Shown here piece after piece: positions 56,193 through 64,000 of a stretch of DNA of 64,000 bases. The translations under genes were made by a program, and so were the position numbers. Each line of letters starts with the position of its first letter. Position 1 is the stretch's first letter. The notes under the pieces are model-generated. The model worked only from the letters and a program-made list of their open reading frames with translations, did no database searches and was not told where the DNA came from. Source of the stretch: an uncultured delta proteobacterium (GTDB lineage Bacteria; Desulfobacterota; Binatia; Binatales; Binataceae); the NCBI GenBank assembly GCA_963842085.1, contig CAWJET010000001.1:416001-480000 (forward strand). Direction: 5' to 3'.

Positions 56193-57689
56193 ATGGCGGA
56201 TACTCGCCTGCCGGAGCTTTTCGGAGACCGTTGGGAGGTCGTGCGCCCACTCAATGGCGGCGGTCAGAGCCACGTTTACATCGTCCGCGACCGCTTGGCT
56301 CAGCAGGTAGGTGACCTGGTCCTCAAGCACATCGATAACAGTCGTGACAACCGTGACGAGCGATTCCGTAACGAGGTCGAGGCAGCGATGCGCCTCAACC
56401 ACCCGAATATCATGCGAGTCATCGACCATTCCGACTTCAGCAGGGCCGGAAGCGACGAGCCGATGTATCTCGTGATGCCCTTCGCAGCGGCAGGTTCGTT
56501 GACGAAGCGCGCGGCACTTTACAAAGACCAGATCGATCCCACGATCACTGTTGCCAAAGCGCTGGCGGCGGCACTTGCCCACGCGCACAAAAACGGCGTC
56601 ATTCATCGGGACCACAAGCCCGACAACATCCTGTTTGCAGCCGAAGACCATCACCCGTTACTCGCGGACTTCGGCATCTGTCTGATCCAGGGAGCAGCGC
56701 GATTCACGGGAGACGCAGAGATCGTCGGACCTCGCTCGTTCATGGCCCCGGAACTCGAAGATGGCGGTAAACTAAACGTGACGCCCGCCGCAGATTTGTA
56801 CTCCCTTGGCAAGGTTATCTACTTCATGATTTCTGGTGGTCGCATTTTTGCGCGGGAGCGACACCGCGAACCGGACTATGACCTTTCGCAGACGAGCGGA
56901 CGGCACGCTCAGATCTGGCTCCTGCTCGATCGCTTGATTTGTCCTGTCGCTGACCGATACAGCCGTGCTGAGGAAGTGATCGACCGCCTCGAAAAAATCG
57001 AAGGCTTTGGGAAGAGCGCAGCGGTCCCCCTCGGGGACGGGGCCAAGGCGCGACTCCGAGGCATGGTCACCGCGGACGCGGCTCACAATGCAGCGATTCA
57101 GAAACATCAGGAAGACGAACGACGAAAAGAGGCAGCGTTCGAGAGTTTCGTTCAGGACGTGGCAGCGACGACGAACGCGGCCCTGAAATCGTTCGCGGAG
57201 GAGATTGGACAGGAAGGATACATCACTGCGACTGCTATAGACGCGGCTCCCGCGGCTGGGGTACCCAACGGTTGGGATGCTGCGTGGGGAGCGCACCGAA
57301 AAATAAAACCGCTCTGGGTGGCCAGCATCAAAGTTAATCGAGTGGCCGCGATGCCCCCCGAGCATTTCCTCAGCGTCTTTCTCGCCATCGAACTTAAAAC
57401 GATCGTACGTGCCGTCGAAACCGGAAAGCCGCTACCGCTCGTGTCGCATGTGCCAGATGACGCGATTCTGTTTCCGATCTACTTTCGAGGTCCCGAGTGG
57501 GGGTTTCTCGTCCAGCATCAGGCCACGCAGGTTCGTAGAACCTTTGCCGGCGTACAGCCTGCGATGTTCCTAAACTTACGCCCGAGCGAATGGCCTGCCG
57601 ACGGCGATAAGGTCAGGAAGCTTCTGCAGGGAAGTGTTGAACTGTTCGTGGAGTATCTCGCCGCCCAGGGACCGATACTCGGCGGCTAG
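56193..57689 (+). CDS. Hanks-type Ser/Thr protein kinase with unknown C-terminal domain
   Basis: GGGQSHVY, VLK, HPNI, HRDHKPDN, DFG, FMAPE and DLYSLG motifs; no TM segment. Confidence 0.9.
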   Translation: MADTRLPELFGDRWEVVRPLNGGGQSHVYIVRDRLAQQVGDLVLKHIDNSRDNRDERFRNEVEAAMRLNHPNIMRVIDHSDFSRAGSDEPMYLVMPFAAAGSLTKRAALYKDQIDPTITVAKALAAALAHAHKNGVIHRDHKPDNILFAAEDHHPLLADFGICLIQGAARFTGDAEIVGPRSFMAPELEDGGKLNVTPAADLYSLGKVIYFMISGGRIFARERHREPDYDLSQTSGRHAQIWLLLDRLICPVADRYSRAEEVIDRLEKIEGFGKSAAVPLGDGAKARLRGMVTADAAHNAAIQKHQEDERRKEAAFESFVQDVAATTNAALKSFAEEIGQEGYITATAIDAAPAAGVPNGWDAAWGAHRKIKPLWVASIKVNRVAAMPPEHFLSVFLAIELKTIVRAVETGKPLPLVSHVPDDAILFPIYFRGPEWGFLVQHQATQVRRTFAGVQPAMFLNLRPSEWPADGDKVRKLLQGSVELFVEYLAAQGPILGG

Positions 57690-57709
57690 CCGCTTTGCGC
57701 CAGTTCTCA

Positions 57710-57935
57710 TTGCAGCCCGATTTCGATCCCGAGCTGCGAACTCTCCGCATCCATCGCTGCGGCTACGTCTCGAAATGCAAAAAGCGCGGATGCCGCGAAC
57801 GCGCGACGCTGATCGCCGAGAAGGTTGATGGCGCCTGGCAGATACGTTCGCCAGATCGAACTGTGCAAGCAGCACTGCGACATCGTCATCGAGTGCCAGC
57901 GAAAGCGAGGCTTGAGATTTGCGACAGACGGAGGA
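57710..57935 (+). pseudogene. Small Cys-rich protein, copy 2 (compensating frameshifts)
   Basis: LQPDFDP..RIHRCGYVSKCKKRGCRERATLIAEKVD / GRYVRQIELCKQHCDIVIE / LEICDR. Confidence 0.7.
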
Positions 57936-57977
57936 GAATGGCGCTCTTAATTAGGACGCTACTGTACTTGGTTCAAA

Positions 57978-58262
57978 GTGGAAATTCTGGCTGAGACGCC
58001 CGCGAAGCAATTGCAGTTCCAGCTTCGCGGTCGGGAAATCAATCGGATCGAAGCCGTCAGCGACGTGGTGTTCGGTTTTGCGCTCAGTATGCTGGTGGTC
58101 TCGCTGGAAGTTCCCCGTACCTATACTGATCTCATTGCCGCAGTGCGTGGCTTCCCGGCCTTCGCGCTGACCTTCGCAGCGCTGATGTGGGTGTGGGTAC
58201 GGCACTATTATTTCTTTCGCTACTATGGGCTCGACGACCTCACCACCATCTTTCTCAACACG
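57978..58262 (+). pseudogene. TMEM175/DUF1211 family membrane protein, truncated
   Basis: RIEAVSDVVFGFALSMLVVSL...W.RHY.FF..YGL.D..TIFLN, after which similarity ends. Confidence 0.75.
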
Positions 58263-58544
58263 GGAACCCGATTTGTGATGCGAATCCGTTTGCGGCTTTG
58301 CTTTGACAGGACGTCAACGACTATCAGAGCGGTATGCGGCGACAATGGCTCCATCCGAATCCGATCTCCTTTGCCGTACCGCAACCGAGCGGTTTCTCCA
58401 CGGCCCCGGCGCCGATTGCAGGCAACACCTACGCACTCACGGTGACAAATCGGGACGGGCAGACGACGACGCCATTTCCTCTGCGCGTCAGCGTCAAGAA
58501 TCCCATGGTCCCTTATGCGGCCGTGTTTCGCTTCCTGGAACAGG

Positions 58545-59072
58545 TCAGGCACCCTCGCGATTTCGGAACTGGCGGTGGCCTGAATCCGGCGGCAGCGTCA
58601 GCAGCTCGTGGCTGAAGAACTCACTCAGGTACTCGATCAGGTTGCGCATCGAAATGACGCTGGTCGGGCGGCCGGCGTCGTCGATCAGCGGAATGTGGCG
58701 GAATCCCTCGAGCACCATCTTGCTCAGCGCGAACGCTACGTTCGCGTCGGCCGGGAGCGTGAACGGGTCGGCAGTCATCGACGCTGACACCGGAGTGTGG
58801 ACGAGGTCGAGCGATTGGCCGGCTACCTTCATCAGGACGTCGCGTTCGGTGAAGATGCCGGCGAGCCGATCGTTCTCCATGATCAGAACGCACGCGCGCC
58901 GCTCCTGCTGCATCAGGTGAATCGTGTCGGCGAGAGTGGTCGAAGCGGAGACCAGCAGCGCTGGCTGCGATACAACCTCGCTCAGTGCCGTGTCGGCGAG
59001 GGCGGATTCGAGAACTTGAGGCCCAGGATGTTCGTCGTCGAACAGCTCGCGGTCATCGTCGTCGCCTGGCAT
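58545..59072 (-). CDS. CBS-domain pair protein
   Basis: LAGIFTERDVL, MTADP and GFRHIPLID motifs; GGAGG RBS. Confidence 0.88.
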   Translation of the reverse strand: MPGDDDDRELFDDEHPGPQVLESALADTALSEVVSQPALLVSASTTLADTIHLMQQERRACVLIMENDRLAGIFTERDVLMKVAGQSLDLVHTPVSASMTADPFTLPADANVAFALSKMVLEGFRHIPLIDDAGRPTSVISMRNLIEYLSEFFSHELLTLPPDSGHRQFRNREGA

Positions 59073-59158
59073 GACTCAGCCCTCCGATGCCAATTTTCTG
59101 CGCTCGTCCAGACTAGGATGTTATCCAGCTTAGAGCAAAGGGCGGGAGCACGCATGCG

Positions 59159-60142
59159 TCAAGCATCGCGTCTCGAATGGGCAATCTCGCGCATCAGGAG
59201 TTTTGCTATGATGCATGATTGCTGACAAGCAACCGGCTGATACATCCACCACAACCCCACGCAGACACTGATCGCGGCGAGCCCATCAACCCAGATTGGA
59301 GGCTTCAAGAGCACCAAGGCGATCGTGATCAGCGCTGTCGTTGGAGCGGCAAGCAGCGGTCGCAGCCAGTCCCGGCGGGCGACGACCCCGACCTCGGCCA
59401 CGACGAATCCAAAGAACACGGACAGCCACAAGGCCAACTCCGCGTAGGCAGCCGGTGGCGCTTGCGGTGCCACGCCCTCCGCTCGCGCCTTGATGCCCAG
59501 CATGTTCTGCCGCACGGCGATGAAGTCGCTGAGGTCGGCGAATAGTTGGATGGCGATGTAAGGTGCCGTCCAGTTGTAAGGAGCATTGCGTATCCGCCAC
59601 AGCAGGCGTGTGTGACTCGCGTCGACGGGGTAAAGAGCTAGTGCCATGCTGTCGTGCCCACTCTCGCTCTCCCACACGACGTAGCGGTTCGGTTCGACCG
59701 CCGCGACCTTGAAGTTGATTCCCTCCCAGATCGGCACGGTGTCACCGACCTTGACGTGTTGCCACTCTGGGAGGATGCGGTTGGCACTGGGAATACCCGC
59801 ATTGTCGATCAAGTCGTAGCCGTACCACCCGGCGCGCTTGTACCCTATTTGCGCGAGCCACGGCCAGACCTGCTCGGGCCGCGCATGAATCGTGACGGCG
59901 CGAGTTGCGTTGAAGACAGGCCGTGGCTGGATCTCGTCGCCAGGGATGGCTCGCGCGACTTCGTCGTCGGTAGTACCCCAGCGCAGTTGTCGCGGACGGT
60001 AGACGAACAGATACGAGGCGAGGGCGATGACCAAGGCCAACCCGATCCGACCTACATAGTGCCGCAAAGGCTTCTTCCTTTCGTCCTGTTGTGACCCATC
60101 AGGGCGGCACCGGCGCGGCGGGAGTTGGAATTGGAAAGTCAA
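59159..60142 (-). CDS. SRPBCC-like protein with C-terminal TM helices
   Basis: WGTTDDE..IPGD, TRAVTIHARPEQVWPWLAQIG..RAGWY and MLGIKARAE motifs. Start uncertain. Confidence 0.7.
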   Translation of the reverse strand: MTFQFQLPPRRCRPDGSQQDERKKPLRHYVGRIGLALVIALASYLFVYRPRQLRWGTTDDEVARAIPGDEIQPRPVFNATRAVTIHARPEQVWPWLAQIGYKRAGWYGYDLIDNAGIPSANRILPEWQHVKVGDTVPIWEGINFKVAAVEPNRYVVWESESGHDSMALALYPVDASHTRLLWRIRNAPYNWTAPYIAIQLFADLSDFIAVRQNMLGIKARAEGVAPQAPPAAYAELALWLSVFFGFVVAEVGVVARRDWLRPLLAAPTTALITIALVLLKPPIWVDGLAAISVCVGLWWMYQPVACQQSCIIAKLLMREIAHSRRDA

Positions 60143-60209
60143 AAAGGAAATCCCGGTTAAGAGAAAACAGGAATGGCCGAAGCAGACACAAGCACGAAAT
60201 TGCCGTTAA

Positions 60210-60420
60210 AAATAGGCCAGGCATACTTGGTGTTTGGCGCCTTTATCGCAGGCATGATGCTGGGGCGTTCGACCCGGCTGCGGCGCCGCGATCGCACCGA
60301 ACTGGAAGCAGCGACCATCGGCGTGTTCGCTCCGATCTTCTTTGGAACTCGGGCCTCAGGGTGGACCTGTTCGCGCTCCACGGCGTCGGACTGCTCGCGA
60401 TTGTCGTTGGTGCGACGCTC
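60210..60420 (+). pseudogene. Cation:proton antiporter internal fragment
   Basis: VFGAFIAGMML...VFAPIFF / SGLRVDL across a frameshift. Confidence 0.6.
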
Positions 60421-61128
60421 AAAAATTATCACGAAAAATTGAGCGAGGTGTCGGAGAGGGGAGTGGCGTCTTTTGAAATCCAGAGTGGCGTTTTTTCGCC
60501 AAAAGTGCTATACAGGGATCGTCGGTGTCTCATCCCCTCGATGAAGCCGAAGGCACGCCTGGAAAATATGCCCTCATGGTGAAGCCAATGCGTGCCTCGC
60601 CCTCTCAGCCCACAAGCGCGAGTGCGTGGCGGATAGTCCTTCTTCTTCGTGCGCTTCTTTCGCAGGCGCCGGCGCATCTCGGCGGGCGGACAACGAGGGC
60701 GTCAATCCTTCCACCAACGCTGCGATTATGCGGGCCAAGTACTCTGTGGGTGAAGCGGTGGCGCGTGCATGTGCAACGTCAGAGGCATCGTTTCGACCGA
60801 TCAAGCCGCGTTGTGGCGCGTCCTGTTTTGAACGGACTTCACCACGAGTACAAACTCTTGGCCCCCGCTGCATGAGTGTCGTTGAGTTTTTGCGGACCAC
60901 CGTAGGTCTCCCATGCGGCTATCGCCTCCAAGAGCCGTGCCTTCAGGTCTTTCGCAGTAAGCGCCTGAGTTTGAGATTTGCTCGAACAGCCGTGAAATCT
61001 CCCGTCCTGCCAATCGCGCGCCGATCTGCTGGCCGCGGTTTCCCTGTCCGCCGTATTGCGGTAATAGGCCCTATTGAGGCGCGAGAACTTTCCAGGGCGG
61101 AGCCCATTCATTCTCGCGAGGTAATCGT

Positions 61129-62355
61129 ATGGAACGCAGCACGAATCGAATTCTCACCACCCATGTCGGCAGCCTCGTCAAAACTCCCGAAGTCATCGAC
61201 CAGATGCGCGCGCAGGCAATGGGCGAGCCATTCGATGAGGACACTCTCGCCAAACATCTCCGAACCGGGGTCGCGCAAGTCGTTCGCAAGCAGGCCGAAG
61301 TCGGAGTCGACGTTCCGAGCGACGGCGAATATGGAAAGAGCAGCTGGATGGGCTACGTGTGGGACCGGATCTCCGGACTCGAGCCTACGCATCAGCTTCC
61401 CACCCAGGACGGCGTGAATTGGTTTACCCTTCGCGCGCAGCAGTTTCCCGGCTTCCACCGCGCCTACGACCGGTTCGAAACGACAGTGTGGATGCCCGAT
61501 CTGCCGTCCGGAAAAAAACCTCAGAACGCCAACGTACTGAGATTCTTCGTCGTCACGGGTCCGGTCAAGTACAAAGGTCACGCCGCGATCCGCCGCGATA
61601 TCGAGAACTTCAAGGCGGCGCTCGCGCAGAACAAGTTCGTCGAGGCGTTTCTGCCCGCTGTCGCACCCTGTAGCTGCTCGTTTCCCGGAATGAATCGCTA
61701 CTATAAGAGCGAAGAGGAATACCTGTTCGCCACGGCCGACGCCCTCCACGAGGAGTACAAGGCGATCGTCGATGCGGGCCTGCTGCTGCAAGTGGACGAT
61801 GCGATTCTGCCTATGATGTACGTGGTCGGCGCGCCCGGCCAGGACCTGCAGAAATATCTCAAGTGGGCCGCGATGTGCATGGATGCGCTCAATCACGCGC
61901 TCCGCGGAATTCCCGAAGACCGCGTCCGCTACCACATATGCTGGGGCAGCCAGAACGCGCCTCACACCTGGGACATACCTCTCAAAGAAATCGTGCACCT
62001 CGTGCTCGGGGTAAAGGCGCAGGCCTACTGCATAGAGGCGGCTAATCCGCAGCACGAGCACGAATGGCAGGTCTGGGAGAAGGTGAAGTTGCCCGCCGGC
62101 AAGATCCTGATTCCGGGCGTGGTCACTCATTGCACCAATGTCGTCGAACATCCCGAGCTCGTCGCTTGGCGTATCGGCAACTTCGCCCGACTGCTGGGAC
62201 GGGAAAACGTGATGGGCGGCACCGATTGCGGATTCTCCCAGGGATGGAATTGGGCGCGCGTGCACGAAGAGGTGCAATGGGCGAAGCTCGCGTCGTTAGC
62301 CGAAGGCGCCAGGCGCGCGACCCGCCAGCTGTGGGGTAAATCGGCGGCCGCGTAG
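61129..62355 (+). CDS. Cobalamin-independent methionine synthase II-like protein (single domain)
   Basis: ILTTHVGSL, SDGEYGK, LQVDD and Zn ligands YHICWG, IEAANP and GTDCGF. Confidence 0.88.
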   Translation: MERSTNRILTTHVGSLVKTPEVIDQMRAQAMGEPFDEDTLAKHLRTGVAQVVRKQAEVGVDVPSDGEYGKSSWMGYVWDRISGLEPTHQLPTQDGVNWFTLRAQQFPGFHRAYDRFETTVWMPDLPSGKKPQNANVLRFFVVTGPVKYKGHAAIRRDIENFKAALAQNKFVEAFLPAVAPCSCSFPGMNRYYKSEEEYLFATADALHEEYKAIVDAGLLLQVDDAILPMMYVVGAPGQDLQKYLKWAAMCMDALNHALRGIPEDRVRYHICWGSQNAPHTWDIPLKEIVHLVLGVKAQAYCIEAANPQHEHEWQVWEKVKLPAGKILIPGVVTHCTNVVEHPELVAWRIGNFARLLGRENVMGGTDCGFSQGWNWARVHEEVQWAKLASLAEGARRATRQLWGKSAAA

Positions 62356-62851
62356 CTCCTTCATTACGAGCGCCGAAGTCACAGTCAAGGAGATCGACCC
62401 GAAGTGGTAGCGCGACGCTACATCCGGATCGGTGTGTCGCCTGTTCTCGATTTGCGCAGGAGCCGGCGTTTGCGGCCACGACGCGCAGCTCGGGCTCGGG
62501 CCTGCTCGACGGTCGTACCCGTTCCGTGGTCGCTTATTTCCGGTTCTCGACGCCACCGGTTATTGAAACCTGTGACTACTGAAAACCGCAGCTTCGCAGT
62601 TGGTTGGCACGCAAACGGGTCCAGGTGAATCTGATGCGTATGACACTTCAACTGGGATTCGGCTTCCAACTTCCATCTGGATCAGGAAAGAGCCGAACGG
62701 TTGCCGGTTCGCTCGATGAACGGGAATGAGTCGTCGATGGTGCGAAGACCTCATCGAACCGCCCCGTTTTTCGTTATCGCTTCCGGGCTCAGCGCCATCA
62801 CGATCGCCGTTGTGACGGTTGTCTACGGATTACGCTGCAAACGACAGAGTC

Positions 62852-63160
62852 TTAGAGTTTCCATCCATGCCCAAAGATCCTCCCGAGCGGGGCCTGAATC
62901 ACCACCGATGCGATCGAGGTTCCGATCAGGCAGATGGTCGCGGCCACCAACCACCAGGCCGCACGCCGCTGCGACTCCGCGGCCCGGATTTGGAAGTTCA
63001 CTTGCCGCCGCTGCATCTCGACTGTGACGCGGTTCCAGAAGTCAGGGCCACGGTTTGTTTTTTCGCCGTGCTGGAGCGCCTCAATATCCCGGCGCCAACT
63101 TTTAATCTCCTCGTCTAACAGCAACGCAAAGTCCAATAGTTCGTCGCTCTCGTGTTTCAT
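62852..63160 (-). CDS. Small hypothetical protein with C-terminal TM helix
   Basis: GGAGGT RBS; coiled N-terminus and WWLVAATICLIGTSIASVVI helix. Confidence 0.5.
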   Translation of the reverse strand: MKHESDELLDFALLLDEEIKSWRRDIEALQHGEKTNRGPDFWNRVTVEMQRRQVNFQIRAAESQRRAAWWLVAATICLIGTSIASVVIQAPLGRIFGHGWKL

Positions 63161-63311
63161 GGATGACCTCCTACCGCTATTGGGAAGCACCGGCGATTCA
63201 ACTCCTCGAGGCGGCTCCTTTCGCTGCGCGTTTGAGCGACGGCCTAAGCTATTGAAGTTCCCTCCTGCCGACACGATACTGTCTCAACCGTTCAGTCAAG
63301 GAGAGCCCATA

Positions 63312-63638
63312 TTGGACCTAAGCACGATCATCGCAGAATTGAAGAGTGAGAGAGATAAGATAGCCCGGACGATTGCTGCCCTAATCGGAAGCGCGGGTGT
63401 GGGTGGCAAAGGCGCCACTCGAAAAGCCGCGCCTAAGAGACGAGGCGGCATTACCCCGGCAGGGCGACGCCGATTGTCACTGGCGATGAAGAGACGCTGG
63501 GCGCAGCGGCGGGCAAAACATTTGTCTGTTAAGGCTGCCGCGCCAAAGAGACGTGGGCGACTCACACCCGCAGGCAGGAAGAGGCTGTCCCAAGCGATGA
63601 AAAAGCGCTGGGCGGAAAGGAAGGCAAAAGCTTCCTGA
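63312..63638 (+). CDS. Highly basic two-repeat putative DNA-binding protein
   Basis: AAGGAG RBS with TTG start; coiled coil, then AAPKRRGxxTPAGRxRLSxAMKxRWA twice. Confidence 0.75.
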   Translation: MDLSTIIAELKSERDKIARTIAALIGSAGVGGKGATRKAAPKRRGGITPAGRRRLSLAMKRRWAQRRAKHLSVKAAAPKRRGRLTPAGRKRLSQAMKKRWAERKAKAS

Positions 63639-64000
63639 GCAGGCGCTCGTCAAGGTCCTTCCGAATCGCGTCAGGGGTTGTTTGCGAGAGTTTGTGGCAA
63701 CGTCAAGACCACCGGCACGCAACGGTTGTGGGCTGGTATCTCTTGATCCCGCCTGTCTTTAGCGCGATGGGAGACCATCCTCGCGCGTTCAACGATCTGA
63801 ACGCTTCACTTATGATCGTTGCACTCGCCCACGCCGCGCTCCGCGCGGTGCGCGAGCAGCAGCTCGAACCCCGGCATTGCAGAAGAGGCGGACGGGCGGC
63901 GGCGGTGATGCTGAAACCGAAACGCTGCTACGGCTGCAACATTCGGCCACTCGCTAGCTCGTCGAGCAACGCCTTGGCGTCTCATTCGCGGTTCTTTAGT

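Larger units (their letters stand above)
34395..64000. mobile_element. Decayed or nested genomic island region (right end not in window)
   Basis: tRNA-Lys fragment boundary, arm-like repeats, second tRNA remnant, visibly lower GC, longer spacers and many gene fragments. No integrase in window. Confidence 0.6.

Noticed and set aside
60429-61100. Coding region or transposase remnant
   Set aside because: No frame gives a recognisable motif.
61108-62277. 389-aa minus-strand ORF
   Set aside because: Antisense shadow of the MetE-like gene.

Overview
High-GC bacterial chromosome window; gene style suggests a soil Gram-negative such as Binatota, which is an inference. The left part (1 to ~34.4 kb) is core-like. 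It holds a thioredoxin-fused protein coupled to a UGSC-family selenoprotein that the ORF track splits at an in-frame TGA followed by a SECIS-like hairpin. It also holds waaF, lpxD, alkA, crcB/DUF190/RidA, a class III aminotransferase, a phosphoesterase with a Pho-box-like promoter, mscL, a diiron/SCP2-like/LLM operon, an S53 peptidase, a desaturase, chrA, a WYL regulator with twin operators, a GT-C glycosyltransferase, a Tat-exported aldo-keto reductase, an MFS transporter and a STAND adenylate cyclase carrying an in-frame REP-like insertion. A tRNA-Lys(CTT) 3' half at 34395-34440, followed by arm-like repeats, marks the edge of an accessory region that is visibly lower in GC and runs to the window end; a defective tRNA-Leu(TAA) lies at ~46.9 kb. 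This region carries a TetR/FAD oxidoreductase pair, a His-rich protein, a C2H2-finger/diiron desaturase operon, a czc-type RND pump preceded by a candidate RSPP arrest-peptide uORF, a TIR protein, an orphan squalene-hopene cyclase, a structured repeat array, an XRE regulator with a stand-alone copy of its own C-terminal domain, carbonic anhydrase, a Ser/Thr kinase cassette flanked by duplicated Cys-rich minigenes, and many gene remnants. No CRISPR array, rRNA, intact tRNA, integrase or transposase was seen. All calls come from motif recognition by eye, with no database searches.
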